A stretch of 64,000 bases of DNA, from assembly GCF_009914755.1 (NCBI RefSeq), contig NC_060942.1, one strand, 5' to 3'. Made by a program: the position numbers and the translations under genes. Below are positions 24,976-40,441 of this stretch, piece by piece. Positions within the stretch are counted from its first letter, which is position 1; every line of letters starts with the position of its first letter. This DNA comes from the human T2T-CHM13v2.0 reference genome, Homo sapiens. Below the pieces are notes generated by a model. It was not told the origin of the DNA. It did no database searches and worked only from the letters and a program-made list of their open reading frames with translations.

Positions 24976-26519
24976 CCAGGTGGGATGCGTGCAGCTGTAC
25001 TGGCTAATCAGAGCTGATGCCTGTTCTGACTGGTTGGGTTCTGTGCCAGGTGTCTATATTTTACTTCGCTCTGAGCAGTTATCAAATATTTTGAATATGA
25101 TCCTTGTTGTCAGCCTTCTTTGTTAAAGAGATGAGTAGACATGAATCTGTAGAAGCCTGGGGAAACAAAGTGTGAAACCGATTGGTGTCCTCCTGTAAAA
25201 AAGGCAAGCGTGAGTCAAGAAAAGGAAAATCATACAATAGAAAAGTCCAGGGACAGGTCAGTCATATGGATCTGAAATATCTGAGATGGTTAAGAGAAAA
25301 GCCACAGAAAAGTGAAGAGCAAAGTGTCTTGGCCTGCTGAGCGGGTAATAAACAACAGAGAGCTTCCTGCAGTTTCAATTTAACCTGAATCCCACGTGGA
25401 GAGACAGCCTGGAGCCAACCAAGAAGGGCTTGTTTCTGTGCAAGAAAGATATGGTAGAGCCTAGGGCCAGCCTGGAAGCTGGACTCCGGATGAGACTGAA
25501 CAGAATGAGCTAGAACTGAGATGCAAATGTAGGACATTTATTTCCCACACAGGTCCCTGAACCTGTACAGCAACTCCTGCCTTCCTTTGGTGGCATTGCC
25601 TCCCAGAGAGTAATCACTGGATCCATCAGTCACACAGAATCATTCCGGAGAATGGAGGTTCTGGGCCTCTTCCCATAATCATCAGACTCTCCAGGGGTGG
25701 GATTCTGGAATCCACATTTTAATAAGAACAGATAATTCTTAACATGCTAAAGTTCCCAGGCAGGAGCACTTTAACTGTTATATTTAGGAAACTTAGGAGC
25801 ATAATCTTTTCATAGGATTCTGTACAAATGGTTTGGAGTCAGCCATGAATGCAAGTGAAATAGTCATAACCGTCATGGGGAGAGACCCCATAGTCATGTG
25901 AGACGTGAAGGTTTCTACCGCACTGGCCAACTGTGATTGATTGATGGTGGATACCTGGATCATGGTGTTGAGATAAATGATGAGGCTTTGCCTGAGCTGG
26001 GACAGGAAGAGAGCAGCAATTAATTAGTAATGTCTGCCATGGCTATAGGTTGGAGATGGTGGTTGGTGGTGAACAAGTGCCTCCTATCTGCCATTTTCTC
26101 CTAGAAAGACCTCACTGTACCTTCTCATTTTATGATGAGATGAAATGTACATACAAAACACTGGATAGAAACATACATGTACAGTTTGAAGAACAAAAAT
26201 AAAACAATTCTTTAAAAATTGTCTCTAGTGAGCTGGTTCCAACATCTCCTTGGGTAACACGTTGCATTGTCTCACAACTTGCTTAATGTCTAATTTAAAT
26301 AAATCCCTTTTGGCACAGTTTAAGTCCAGTCCCTTTCATTCTATCCTCAGAGAAAAACAGAACAGCTGCTCCTGCTCTCCTATTCAATATGCTTCCCTAT
26401 TTTAAAGAATTCAGTTCTTCAGAAAAAAATTAATGAGACTCTTCTATTTTAATGAGTTACTTGTTTGGTGGATTGGCACTTTTCCTCCCCCAAGCTCAAC
26501 ATTCTTGGTTACAGAAATG

Positions 26520-26690
26520 AATTAGAATAGAACATTGAGAGTAGAAGGAATTTAGATGTCATTCAATTCTCTGTTTTCACAGATGGGACAAGAGGCCCAG
26601 GGAAATGGAGGACCTGACTTGCTCACACAGCAGAATCAGAACTAAGACCCAACCATCCTACCTTTCAGCTGAGAGTAACTTCTACCAGAT
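26520..26690 (-). mobile_element. MIR/MIR3 fragment
   Basis: TTTTCACAGATGGGACAAGAGGCCCAGGGA...CAGAACTAAGACCCA. Confidence 0.6.
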
Positions 26691-26759
26691 CACGATATTT
26701 GGATACGCAGTGTGTTTTGAAGTTGGAGAAGAAATCCAAGACCAAACACGTATTGAGGT

Positions 26760-27485
<726 letters not shown>

Positions 27486-27599
27486 AACATTTCCATACTT
27501 ATAAGACCATACTTATAAGAAAAGAGCATACCAGGAAGCTCGACCAGAGCTGTGAAGCCGGAAGTTTGCCTGCGAATGGATTTCCAATGCTGTAATCCT

Positions 27600-28095
27600 C
27601 AGGATCAGCTTTGCCACTCACAGAGCCAAGTACAAAGTGAAAATGGGGAGTCCCTGGTTGGGAAAGCACTAAGACTTTCAAGATGATGACAGCAGAGCAT
27701 TAAACCATGGGCAGAGGCCAGGCATGAGGGCTCACGCCTGTTATCCCAGGACTTTGGGAGGCTGAAGCGGGCAGATGACTTGAGGCTAGGAGTTTGAGAC
27801 CAGCCTGACCAACATGGTGAAACCCCGTCTCTACTAAAAATACAAAAAATTAGCCGGTCGTGGTGGCATGTGCTTGTAGTCCCAGCTACTGGGAGGCTGA
27901 AGCAGGAGAACTGCTTGAACCAGGGAGGCGGGGGTTTCAGTGAGCCAAGATCACACCACTACACACCAGCCTGGGTGACAGAGCAAGACTCTCTTTCAAA
28001 ACAAACAAAAAAACAAACCCACAGCAGTGCTCTCCTGAGTATGCAGCCTGCAGCGTGAGTGACTACACAGGTTGCACAGCCATGAAGCTGGCCCC
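27600..28095 (-). mobile_element. MER45A (hAT-Tip100) interrupted by an Alu
   Basis: TTTCAAGATGATGACAGCAGAGCATTAAACCA and GACTACACAGGTTGCACAGCCATGAAGCTGGCCC match reverse MER45A. Confidence 0.8.
27716..28018 (+). mobile_element. AluS
   Basis: Full dimer with (CAAA)n tail. Confidence 0.95.
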
Positions 28096-28198
28096 GCTAA
28101 TCTCTCTGTAAGAATTACTGTAACACTGATGACACCATTTGCTGAGTCATTACTGTGTGCCAGGCAATGTGTTGGACTCTAGATTGCATCATGAATAC

Positions 28199-28641
<443 letters not shown>

Positions 28642-28930
28642 TCATTTAACAGCAGTGTTAAATTAGTATATTCCCATTTTATTGAAGTTTTTTGAAGACC
28701 TTTTCAAATAGCAGCTTATTATGCAACGTGTGAACAGTAATTTAACAATTCTCCCATTCAGAGATGTGTAAATTTGTTTCTGTTTTTTCAATTTATCAAT
28801 AATTTACTGGCACAGCCTTGCACCCCTGCTGCAGTGTAAGACAGTACCCTGTGACCTTGTCTCTTTTAGCATTGGTATAAAATTTTAAAAATTTTTTTGG
28901 ATAATTTTATAAGCAATTTATAATTTATAA

Positions 28931-29239
28931 TTTTTATTTATTTATTTTGAGAAAGGGTTTCACTCCTGTCACCCAGGCTGGAGTGCAGAGGTAAGATCAC
29001 AGCTCACTGCAGCCTCCACCTCCTGGGACCAAGTGATCCTCCCACCTCGGCCTCCTGAGTAATTGAAACCACCTGGTGTGTACCACCTCACCAGGCTAAT
29101 TTTTCTTTTTTGATTTTTTTGTAGAGATGAAGTCTCGCTATGTTGCTCAGGCTGGTCTTAAACTCCTGGACTCAAGCGACCCTCCCACCTCAGCCTCCCA
29201 AAGTGCTAGGATTACAGGTGGAAGCCACCTTGCCTTGCC
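28931..29239 (-). mobile_element. AluJ
   Basis: Antisense dimer with J diagnostics. Confidence 0.93.
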
Positions 29240-29719
29240 TGAAGGCAATTTTTTAAAGGCATGTCTCAGAGAGGAGTTTTGAGTAATGGCCTAATGTGTT
29301 GGAACTGAGAGTATGTAACTTCACCAGGTGGCTATTTTAAAGAAAACCACAGACACCTGGATATAAAAGTTTTGAAATATGGATTTTTAAAAACCCATCT
29401 ATGACTTTGCCATCATCCCCGTAGTTAATACTGTAAATGATCAATGACAGAAGAAATCAGGATGTTATGAGCAGGATCTTCAGTGTTTGTAAGGAAACCT
29501 GCAGGATGTGTGGCTGGGCTGAACTGTGCCCAAGCACACTTTGTTCAGTGCAGTTTAGAAATGGCTTGTGATGGTTGGGTACTGTGTTGCCTTTGCTTTA
29601 TGAACACTTTAGAAAGCTTTGCACTGTGTGGTAATAAGTAGGTTTTTCTTCTTTTTCTCTTTCTTTCTTTCTTTTCTTTTTTTCTTTTTTCTTTTTTTTC
29701 TTTTTTTTTTTTTTGCAGT

Positions 29720-30235
29720 TGCATTTTGTTGTTGTTGTTCCCTCATTTGTTTTTGTTATCTTGCATCCAAATACCCTTCCTCCTCAGCAGCAATGTTGAA
29801 ATATCAGGCAAGTAGGTGTTACACCCCATGATGTGAGGAGAAGGGAGGCAGAGGTTCCCTCTCACTACTCCTTGGTGATGAGAGATGAGCTTAGACCTGG
29901 CCAATCGTGTTCTCCACCCGGGACTCTGACTCTCAAGAAGTGATACAAAGATACAGTGAAGATTGACCCCTGCCAAGGCAGCAGGTGTTCAGTGGCCCGT
30001 GGGGGAACGTCTGGGGGTGGGGCTGTGAGGCAGTGGCAGTGGCCTAGCAGATGGTCCCTCTCTGTGGATTTTGGCAGTGTTCTTGGCTGCTGGTGCTCCT
30101 TTTATTCTCAACCCATTTCCAAGCCATGCTCTTCAATGTTCCCATTAATTTCATACACCCTTTCCATACATCGTGTTTCCTACTTCAGTTTGCCAGAGTT
30201 GACTTGTGTTTGTTGTCACCAAGAAACCCGGACTC
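29720..30235 (+). mobile_element. Old ERVL/MaLR LTR (LTR67B/MLT1K-like)
   Basis: CTGGCCAATC...CCCGGGACTCTGACTCT...GCCAGAGTTGACTTGTGTTTGTTGTCACCAAGAAACC terminal motif. Confidence 0.5.
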
Positions 30236-30266
30236 TGCTCCTTGTCAATTATGGTGTTTATTTTAA

Positions 30267-30604
<338 letters not shown>

Positions 30605-32707
30605 TGCAAATACCATTTTTATGGGAAAATAAGATGGGCCCCAAAGCACCTTGTTAAGGATCATAATCTGGCATAAACACAGCCCATTTGTGAACTGGAA
30701 GCACTTGTCTTCACTGCCTTTTGTCAATACTAAATCCCATTGTGTCTTCATGTTTTTTTACACAGCCCACATTTCGAGATTTACTCTTTAAAAAAAACCC
30801 AAACCTTGTGACATCTTTGTGTCCACATCCTTTGCCAAGAACTCTATGCTCATGTTCTTCACTTCTATAAACTTAGCTTCCTGACTCCGCTACCAGACCC
30901 TCGCCCAGGACTTTGAACATAGAACTCCTATTCTTTCCAGCCCATGATGATTTCTCAGAGAAACCATCAAATGCAGAACTGATCTCCTTCCACCAAGTGT
31001 CCTCCCCATCTGCATGCCAGGTCTTAGGCCTGACCTTGTCAGCCATGAACTAGTTTTGCCCAAGCCTAGCACAGCAGCATTGACCAAAGAGTCCTTTGTG
31101 TTCCAGAGCTTACAAGTCTATTACCAACCAAATATAGATGTTTCCTGTGTCCTCCAGGGAAAAGTTCTCCAAGTATTGCTTTTACACTAGGGTATATCTG
31201 GAAGAGCAAACATGCAAGAACAAAACATTCAGGAATATTCTGAAAAAAGGGTAATGGAAAGGACTTGCCCTACTAGCAATTACAATTTATTAGAAAGCAA
31301 ACTCATATAAAAATATGGGTATTGTGGTAATAAACAGGCCAATGGAATAGAGCTTCAGAATGGGAATTAGAACCAGGAGGGAAAGATATCTTCTTTAATA
31401 CATGGCATCAATGGACAGTTAACTAGCTATTTGGAGAAAAAATTTCAGCGGGCTCCAACATGGGAGGGTGATATGCTTGATGTAAAGATGCCAACAAATG
31501 TAGCCAAGGATATAAAGTTTCTTTAATGGCAGGGGATACTGAAAAGTGTCTGAAAATCATGCCCACACAAAGTGGATTGAGGGCGCCCAGGTGGAGGCTC
31601 CCAGGCCCCTGCACGTCCCATGAGAACACAGGTGCCTGGAATACCAATCTCCTAGTAAGAGAAGCGTGCACCCGCCTGTTCTTGGGGGACTTTGTGCCCT
31701 ACCTGGACTCTCCTACCTGTTCTGGAGACCCTGGCTATGTGCCTAGTATTCATCAGGTCTAAGCAACTTGTTCAAAACAGCTCCAGGACTTTCTTAAATG
31801 TTTGCTGCAAGGCAAGGTAAATTGAAGCTCAACTTCTCAGGATGTGACTGTCTTCTGGCAGGACCAGGCCTCAGGCCTGCTGGAGAGTGCTTCCTCTATT
31901 CTCCTATCTCACCCCTTATATCAGAATATCTTCCAGCCAGACCAAAGATTTATATATATATAATGAATATTGGCAATAATAGTACTAATGTAGAGAAAGC
32001 TCTGAGAAAAGCATGAGTAACACTTCTGAAAAATGGGCAAAGGATATGAAAAATTCAAAGAGGGCAAAATACAAGTGCGAGTACATGCATGAAGAGATAC
32101 TGTCATTCTCAAATGATTATGTAAATGCATTTCTAAACAGTGACTCAGCATGTTTCAATGATTAGATTGGCAAAGATTAAAAACATTGAGAATCTACAAT
32201 GTTAGTGAGAGTGTGGTATGTAGAAATTCTTATTTACTTTTGGAGAATGTTAGTAAAGTTATCTTGAAGAGGAATTTGGTTGAAACTATCAGAAGTTTCA
32301 GGGTACATTGCTGGTAGGAATTAAAAAATGGTACAACCATTTTGGGAACTAGATACTTTCTTATAAAGTTAAATATACACCTACTGTATGAACCAACCAG
32401 TCATTACACTTATAGGTGCTCAAGGTCCATGGAAACAAATATCCACACAATACCATGTACAAAGATATTTGTAGCAGCTTTATTCACTGTAGCTTAAAAC
32501 TGAAAACAACCCAGAAATCTGTCCACCAAAAAATGCATAAACAAATTGTGGCCTACCTATACTGTCCATTCCATCCACCGGATACTACTCATCAGTGAAA
32601 ATGAAGGAAGTACTAATATGTACAACAACACATGAATCTCAAGGGAAGCCAGAAGCCAGAGCCCATGCTGGGTGTAGAACTCTTCTTTATAGAAGATCTA
32701 GAAAATG

Positions 32708-32973
<266 letters not shown>

Positions 32974-33249
32974 CTAGAAAATGTAGGCCAATGTATAGTG
33001 GCAGAAAGCAGATCAGTGTTTGCCTGGAGCAGGATATAAATGGGGGGATAGACTACGAATGGAAAAGAAGAATGGAAATATTCTGTATGTTGATAATGCT
33101 AGTGGCCTTACAGGTGTATATATTAATATATATTCACAAATGTGTATACATAAACACAGGTATTATATATATGTTAAGACTCATTAAATTGTACATTTTA
33201 TATAGGCCCATTTCTGTAAATTATATCTCAACAAAATTGATTTTATAAT

Positions 33250-33750
33250 TACATCAAAAAGATACCTGTATTGCTATGTTTATTGCAGCACTGTTCACAA
33301 TAGCAAAGAGATGGAATCAACCTAAGTGTCGATCAATGGATGATTGGATAAAGAAAATGTGGTGTATATACACCCTGGAATACTACTCAGCCATAAAAAA
33401 GAATGAAATCATGTATTTTACAGCAACATGTGTGGAACTGAAGGCCATTATCTTACATGAAATATCTCAGAAATGGAAAGTCAAATACCACATGTTCTCA
33501 CATATAAGTGGGAGCTAAATAATGTGTATATATGGACACAGAGTTTGGAATAATAGACATTGGAGACTTGAAAGGGTGGGAGGGTGGGAGGGGGTGAGGG
33601 ATGAGAAATTACATAATGAATACAATGTAAATACACTATTCAGGTGATGGTTACACTAGAAGCCCAGATTTTACCACTATGCAATATATCCAGGTAACAA
33701 AATTGCACTTGTACCCCTCAATCTATACAAAATTTTTAAAAATGGAAAAA
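33250..33750 (+). mobile_element. L1PB4-like 3' end
   Basis: ORF 33276-33518 (MFIAALFTIAKRWNQPKC...); 3'UTR GGGTGGGAGGGTGGGAGGGGGTGAGGGATGAGAAATTAC. Confidence 0.9.
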
Positions 33751-34726
33751 AATGATTTAAAAAGTTAAAGAATGCATTCTCTTTGATCCAGCGATTCCAC
33801 TTCCAGGAATTTACCGTACATAGATATTCACACAACTGTGCAAATATGCAGGCATAAGGGTGTGCATTGCATGATAGTTTGTAGTTGTGCAACCATTGAA
33901 AATGGCCAAACTATCCACCAAGAGGGCAGTAGATAAACAACCAAAGGTGAAAGAGCTGCTATAGCCTGTCCTGTAAACTCCAAGAGGGCTGTGTCTCCAG
34001 ACCTCACACAGTGCTGGGCATACTTTATGCAGGGATGTGGAAAGGGAGTCAAGGTATATTAGGTAAAAAAAAAAAATCAACTTTTAACTTTTAGGAATAG
34101 ATGAACCCACTAGAATGGAACTATTTATGTTAGAGCCAGAATTAATTTGGTGTCTTTAGGATTATGTGAGAAGACTGAGGGTCTTGTAGGAAGACTTTGT
34201 TCTTGGGTGAGGCTGAGACATCCCTGGGAGAGTTGAAACAGGATGAGCTGCTGTTTGCTGCAGGGAGATCAAAGGAAGAGTTCAGATGCAGACAAGTGAG
34301 GGCTAAGTGTCCCGCCATAGAGGGGTTTAGTCCACTGCAGTGCCCTGTGACAGGGGCCTCAGAGAACCACAGCAACACAGGGCTGTCAGAAAGGGAAAAG
34401 GGTCCATGCCCTACTCACTGGGACCTGGGACCTGTGCAGGTGGAGCCAAACAAGGTTGGTTCAGGTGAAGGCAATGAGCACCAGGGGTTTGGCCTGCTTG
34501 GTTCCTATCCAGGTTGTCATCGGCTCCAGCAGGTCTCATCCAAGGGGCAGACCTCCAAGACCTCAGCATTTCAGCAGCAGTCGGAGAGGTGGGAAAGAGC
34601 AAAGGAAGCAAAAGCAGAACTAACATGCTGGATGAAGGAATCCATTTCCCAAGTCCCCAGGGTCAGAATGTCTTCATCTCTTGAGGGATAGATTCCCTGC
34701 AACAGAAACAGGACTGGGGCCAGACT

Positions 34727-34771
34727 CATCTCCCCTCTCTCCATCTCCCCTCTCTCCATCTCCCCTCTCTT
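34727..34771. repeat. 15-bp unit CATCTCCCCTCTCTC x3, pyrimidine-rich
   Basis: Direct reading. Confidence 0.85.
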
Positions 34772-35339
34772 CCCCATCTCCTCTTGATGGGAAAGGCCCA
34801 GGCTGAGTGCAGAGCAAGCAACGAATCATTGCATGATGAGGAAGGATGGTGCAGTCTCTTCCAGGCCTCGTGCTCTGGGCTTCCAGGCCTGGTCCTATAG
34901 TCATGAGGCTCTGGAACCGGGGAGGGGAGGAAGTCTGTATTTCAAAGTCCTCTGTGCCCTTCCTTTGCATGGAAGGTGACGGTTTGTGTTGTTGGGATCA
35001 AGTTGACATCACTAGGAAGGTGTCCTTAGTCATAAGGGTCATGGAGAAGCAGTAACACGTGCCACTGGATTAATGGTCTTGGTGCTGGAAGACAGTCCAG
35101 AAATTTTTTGGAAGGAAAAGTAGAAAAGTGATATCAAGCCAATGCTTATCCTTGGTCTGTGACTTTCAGAGATTTCCAGGAGCTGCTGTTTCTTGATTTG
35201 AGTTCTAGAGGCTGCTCTGGCCTGTAGGTAGGACAGACACTGTAATTTGACCCCAGAGACCATGGGATGTTCCTAAAAGTAGTTATCCTTGGCTGGAGCA
35301 CTAACTGGTGTCAGGAGAGCTGGCAAACTTCTTGGATGG

Positions 35340-36118
35340 TGTACTACGTTGAATAGTGACTCCCTCAAAATTCACGTTCATCTAGAACCTCAGAATGTGA
35401 CTTTATTTGGAAACATCTTTGCAGATGTGGTCAAGTTAAGGTAACATCATATTGGATTAGTGTGGGCCCTAAAGCCAAGGTCTGGTGTCCTTATGAGGAA
35501 AGAGAGATTTGGAGACACAAACACAGAGACACACAGAGAAGGCAACGGGACAACAGAGGCAGAGATTGGAGTGATGTGTCTGCAAGACAAGGAAGTCCAT
35601 GGATGGTTCGTTCCAGCAGACATTGAAAGGGGCAAGGAAGGATCCATTCCAAGTGTCTTAAGAGAGTGCCTGGACTGGTTGGCCCCTTGAGTTCAGATTT
35701 CTAGCCTTCAGAACAGTGAGGAAATATGGCTGGGTGTGGTGGCTCACTCTTGCAATCCCAGCACTTTGGGAGGCTGAGGTGGGTGTATCACTTCAGGCCA
35801 GGAGTACAAGACCAGCCTGGCCAACATGGTGAAACTCTGTCTCTACTAAAAATACAAAAATTAGCCGGGCATGGTGGTGCACACCTGTAATCCCAGCTAC
35901 TCAGGAGGCTGAGGCACAAGAATCACTTGAATCCGGGAGACAGAGACTGCAGTTAAGCGCCACTGCACTCCAGCCTGGGTGACAGAGCAAGACTCTGTCT
36001 CAAAAAAAAAAAAAAAAAGAAAAGAAAGAAAAGAAAAAGGAAAATAAACTAAACTGCTGTTATTTTAAGCCACCCACCTTCTTGTGCCACTTAATGGCAA
36101 ACCAAGGAAACGAATATA
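35340..36118 (+). mobile_element. MLT1C solo LTR interrupted by an Alu
   Basis: GAACCTCAGAATGTGACTTTATTTGGAAA...GAGGCAGAGATTGGAGTGATG...TTTTAAGCCACCCA. Confidence 0.85.
35728..36038 (+). mobile_element. AluS
   Basis: Full dimer with a small right-arm deletion and A/GAAAA tail. Confidence 0.95.
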
Positions 36119-36332
36119 TAATACATAATACTACTAATATATAATTCTGATACTACTAATTCTAATATATAATGATAACCTTAGTTCTTGTGGAAGGAGG
36201 TATGAAGGAGTACATCACATTATTTTCAAGGGCAAACAGTGGTGGAAAAAAAGCTGAATTTTAAGTTACTAAATTTAGAGAATTAGTAGGAATTTGCATC
36301 ACACGAGGGTGTCTTTTACTGTCAGATCAGCA

Positions 36333-36570
36333 ATTAGAGCAGAGGCTTGGATCTGGTAGACTTGGGGTCAGGTGCCAGCTCCCTCACTTACCGTCTGTGT
36401 GACCTTGGGGACACTGCTTCTCTGGGGGTCAGTTTTCTCATCTTTAAACCTAGAACAATAATAGTTTCATCTCAAAGTGTTGCTGCGAGAATTATATAAA
36501 ACCAAGGTGTGGCGCATCATGGAGGGGTCTGGCCCCTCAAAAATGCTTACACGTAGCGTTGCTATTATTG
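36333..36570 (+). mobile_element. MIRb
   Basis: CACTTACCGTCTGTGTGACCTTGGG...CAGTTTTCTCATCTTTAAA...GCTATTATTG. Confidence 0.8.
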
Positions 36571-37591
36571 TTTTTAAGTTACAGACACAATGTTTTTTTT
36601 TTCAATAAACTTGATTCAGTTGGCACACATGCACACAAAATACATAGATCTTGACCAGGCCAGCATGTGGACACAGTCTTTCCAGAGCTCGTGAGATGAC
36701 AAATCTCTTTATTGGGGTATTAATGTCAGGTCCAGGAGATTCAATATTCAATCCACTCATCAAGGTCGTCTGTGTAGACAGCCATTCACTACCTATAGAC
36801 GCTCCTCAAGAAACAGATGCTTTCTGGTTTTCTGCCAAGAATGTCAACATCAGATTACTCCTAAGTATCACTCATTTCCACGTGAATTAGACAGAACAGT
36901 GTTAAGTGGTTTGGAGCCACAGCTGGCTCTCAATACTGCTTCAACTCACACTCTGAGAAGAACGACAGTTGACTGAGCCAGCTTCCACACCTCTCAAGAG
37001 AGTTTGCTGTTTTATTCCAAGGGGCAGTAACAGGAACATTTCTGCTTGCTGCGGCCCCTAAATGTGCAGCATTCTTTAGACCATTATATGGTGCTTTCCC
37101 CTTCTCAGCGTTCAGAAACGTTGAGAAGGAAAGAGCCTCATCCTATTTTTTAGCTTCTTGGAGGTTGCAGTTGCTTATCTTTTTTCTCCACTGGGATATA
37201 TTTTTCTCTTGCCCATTTTTTATGCTGAATTTTCTAAACTCCTTTATAATGCTTTTGCTGGTGAGTTACCTTTGGAATGAATCAAGTACTTTCACTTTCT
37301 CTATCCAGAAGGGTGGTTCACATTTGCTACCAGTCTATTGGGAAGATCTGGGCTCAGGACACCCCCCACAGATTACTGCAATACTTTCCAAACATGTGCA
37401 TTTATCCTGTAACCACCGATTACTGTAACACTTTCTAAAGATTTGCATTTATCCTGTACCTATATATAACTTAAGGTCTGCTTACACTCTGAAGACTATA
37501 AATAGATTCCCACCTGTTGGGCTGGTTTCCAGGAAAGATGCAGGGCCCAGGCACCTAGTTCTCTCATTGGTTAAAATGTAAGTATTAGTAC

Positions 37592-37923
37592 CTTCTTTCT
37601 TCTTCTTTTTTTTTTTTTTTTTTGAGAAGAGGTCTCGCCTTGTCACCCAGGCTGGAGTGCATGGTGTGATCATAGCTCACTGCAGCATTGGACTCCTGGG
37701 TTCAAGCGATCCTCCTACGTCAGTCTCCTAAGTAGCTGGAACTATAGGCACCTGCCACCACGCCCATCTAATTGTTTTATGTTTTTGTTTGTTTGTTTTT
37801 TGTTTTTGTAGTGATGGGGTCTTGCTATATTGCCTAGGCTGGTCTTGAACTCCTGGGCTCAAGTGATCTCACCTCGGCCTCCCAAAGTGCTGAGATTATA
37901 GTTGTGAGTCACCATGTCCAGTC
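37592..37923 (-). mobile_element. AluJ
   Basis: Antisense dimer with expanded linker. Confidence 0.93.
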
Positions 37924-38238
37924 CCCTTCTCCCTCTTTCTTTTCTTCTTAATTAAAAGTAATTTACATGACAGCAATTCTTGTACACACTACCCAGATTT
38001 AATGTGTTAACACTTCACCTTATTGCTTCAAACATTGTAGATACAACTTAAGAACCCCTGCCCTCCTCTTTCTTGTACCCTCAGAGGTAATTATCATCAT
38101 TTATATTTTCCCAGAAATGTTTTTGTATTTTTGCTCCACTTAATGGCTGAGGGGCTGGGGAAATGGTATTATATTCATTGCCATTTCCTTCTTTCCATTT
38201 CTTTTGGGGACTCTGTGCTTTTTGAATGAAAGGAAATA

Positions 38239-39812
38239 CAAAGGGACTTCACAAAGTTCATGGAAAAATGGAATTAAAAGCTAAAAGTAAAAAAATATAT
38301 AAACTTTATTTCTCAACATTTGCTCCATCAAGTTGAAGACACTTGTAAGCGATGATACTAACCATTTAGTTCGTCCCTAAAAAACTGAGGGTCAGTGCCA
38401 GGCATGGTGGGTCCTGCCTGTAATTCCAGTACTTTGGAAGGCTGAGGCAATATTGCTTGAAGCCAGGACTTCAAGACCAACCTGAACTACATAGCAAGAC
38501 CCCCATCTCTAAAAACAATAAAATAAATAGCCAGATGAGTTGGTGCGTACCTATAGTCCCAGCTACTTGGGAAGCTAAGACAGGAAGATCACTTGAGCCT
38601 AGGAGTTTGAGGGTGCAGTGAGCTATGATCATGTCACTGCTCTCCAGCCTGGGTGATAGAGTGAGACTTCATCTCAAAAAAAAAAAAAAAAAAAAAAAAC
38701 TGAGGGAATTTAAGCATGTCAGTATAGTCTTTTTTACATTAGTAATTGAAGAAAAATGGTTGTCTTTTAACAAAAAAGGCAGAAGAAGCCAAATCAGGAC
38801 AGTAAGGTGGATGCCTAATGGTTTCCCACCAAAACTCTCACAAAATTATCTTTGTTTGATGAGAGGAATGAACAGGAGCACTGTCATGATGGGGAAGGGC
38901 TCTCTGGTGAAGCTCTCCCAGGTGTTTTTCTGCTAAAGCTTTGGCTAACCTTCTCAAAACATCTCCTAACAAGCAGATGTCATCATTCTTTGGCCCTCCA
39001 GAAAGTCAACAGGAGAAATGGCTTGAGCATTCCAAGAAACTCTTGCTGTGACATTTGCTTTTGATGGATCCATTTTGGCTTTGACTGGGCCACTTCCACC
39101 TCTTGGTAGCCATTGGTTTGACTGTGCTTTATCTTCAGGATTGTACTGACAAAGCCATGTTTCATCTCTTGCTACAATTCTTCAAATAAATGCTTCAGGA
39201 TCTGGATCTCACTCATTTCATATGTCCATTGAGAGCTCTGCCCTTGTCTGCGGCTGATCTGGGCACAATGGTTTTTGGCACTTATGGAATAGAAAGTTAG
39301 CTCAACTTTAACTTTTCAGTCATAATTGTGTAAGCTGAACCAGTCCAGATATCTGTGGTGTTGGCTATTGTTTGTACTCTTAATCATCAATCCTCTTCAA
39401 TTAGGGCATGAACAAGATGAATTTTTTCCTTGCAAATTGATGTGGATGGCCTGCCACTATGGACTTCATCTTCAATATTGTCTCATCCCTTCCTAAAGTG
39501 AGTTATCCATTTGTAAACTGCTGATTTCTTCAGGACGCTGTCCCCATACACTTCTCATAAAGCATCAGTGATTTCACCATTCTTCCACCCAAGCTCCACC
39601 ATAAACTCAATGTTTATTCTTGCTTCAATTATAGCAGGATTCATGTTGCTGTGATAGGAACTCTTTTCAAACTGATGCGCCTCAAACCAGATCCTGTCCA
39701 GCCATGTTACAACAAGTTAGTGTGTGTTTATTTTGGTGCAAAAAAAAAATTGAAATCCATGCATTGCTTTTTCAGAATACACATTTTCTATGAACTTCTT
39801 AAAGACCCCCTA
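38239..39812 (-). mobile_element. HSMAR2 mariner transposon, near full length, transposase inactivated
   Basis: TIRs CAAAGGGACTTCACAAAGTTCATGGAAAA and CATTTTCTATGAACTTCTTAAAGACCCC with TA flanks; minus-strand frame from ATG 39644 reads MNPAIIEARINIEFMVELGWKNGEITDAL*EVYGD...; motifs IVARDETW, HHDSA, PPYCPDLA. Confidence 0.95.
38397..38699 (+). mobile_element. AluJ inserted in HSMAR2
   Basis: TSD AAAAAACTGAGGG at 38379 and 38694. Confidence 0.93.
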
Positions 39813-40024
39813 TGGACCCTGAGAGTCAGTTATTCAAGATGTGGCTTATTAGGGTCTCTGATCAAGTTGCAAATAGTCTAAATTTAATTTAAAAAGAAAC
39901 AACAACTTGGGTTATAGTTGAAGGGTCCTTTTGACGGGTCCGTCGAGCCCCCAAGTATTGCCCATTTTGCTTAAGGTCAAAGACTGAATTTATAACCCTA
40001 AATTAGCCTCTGAAAGGAGAGTGA

Positions 40025-40432
<408 letters not shown>

Positions 40433-40441
40433 TAAAAAAAA

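Noticed and set aside
25020-25105. Possible MER53 hAT terminal fragment
   Set aside because: Only one end recognisable; too short and diverged to call without a search.
33574-33600. G-quadruplex-forming GGGTGGGAGGGTGGGAGGGGGTGAGGG
   Set aside because: Standard G-rich tract of the L1 3'UTR; not locus-specific.
34727-34771. Short direct repeats considered as CRISPR-like or regulatory array
   Set aside because: Spacer-less pyrimidine minisatellite in eukaryotic DNA; no CRISPR features anywhere in the window.
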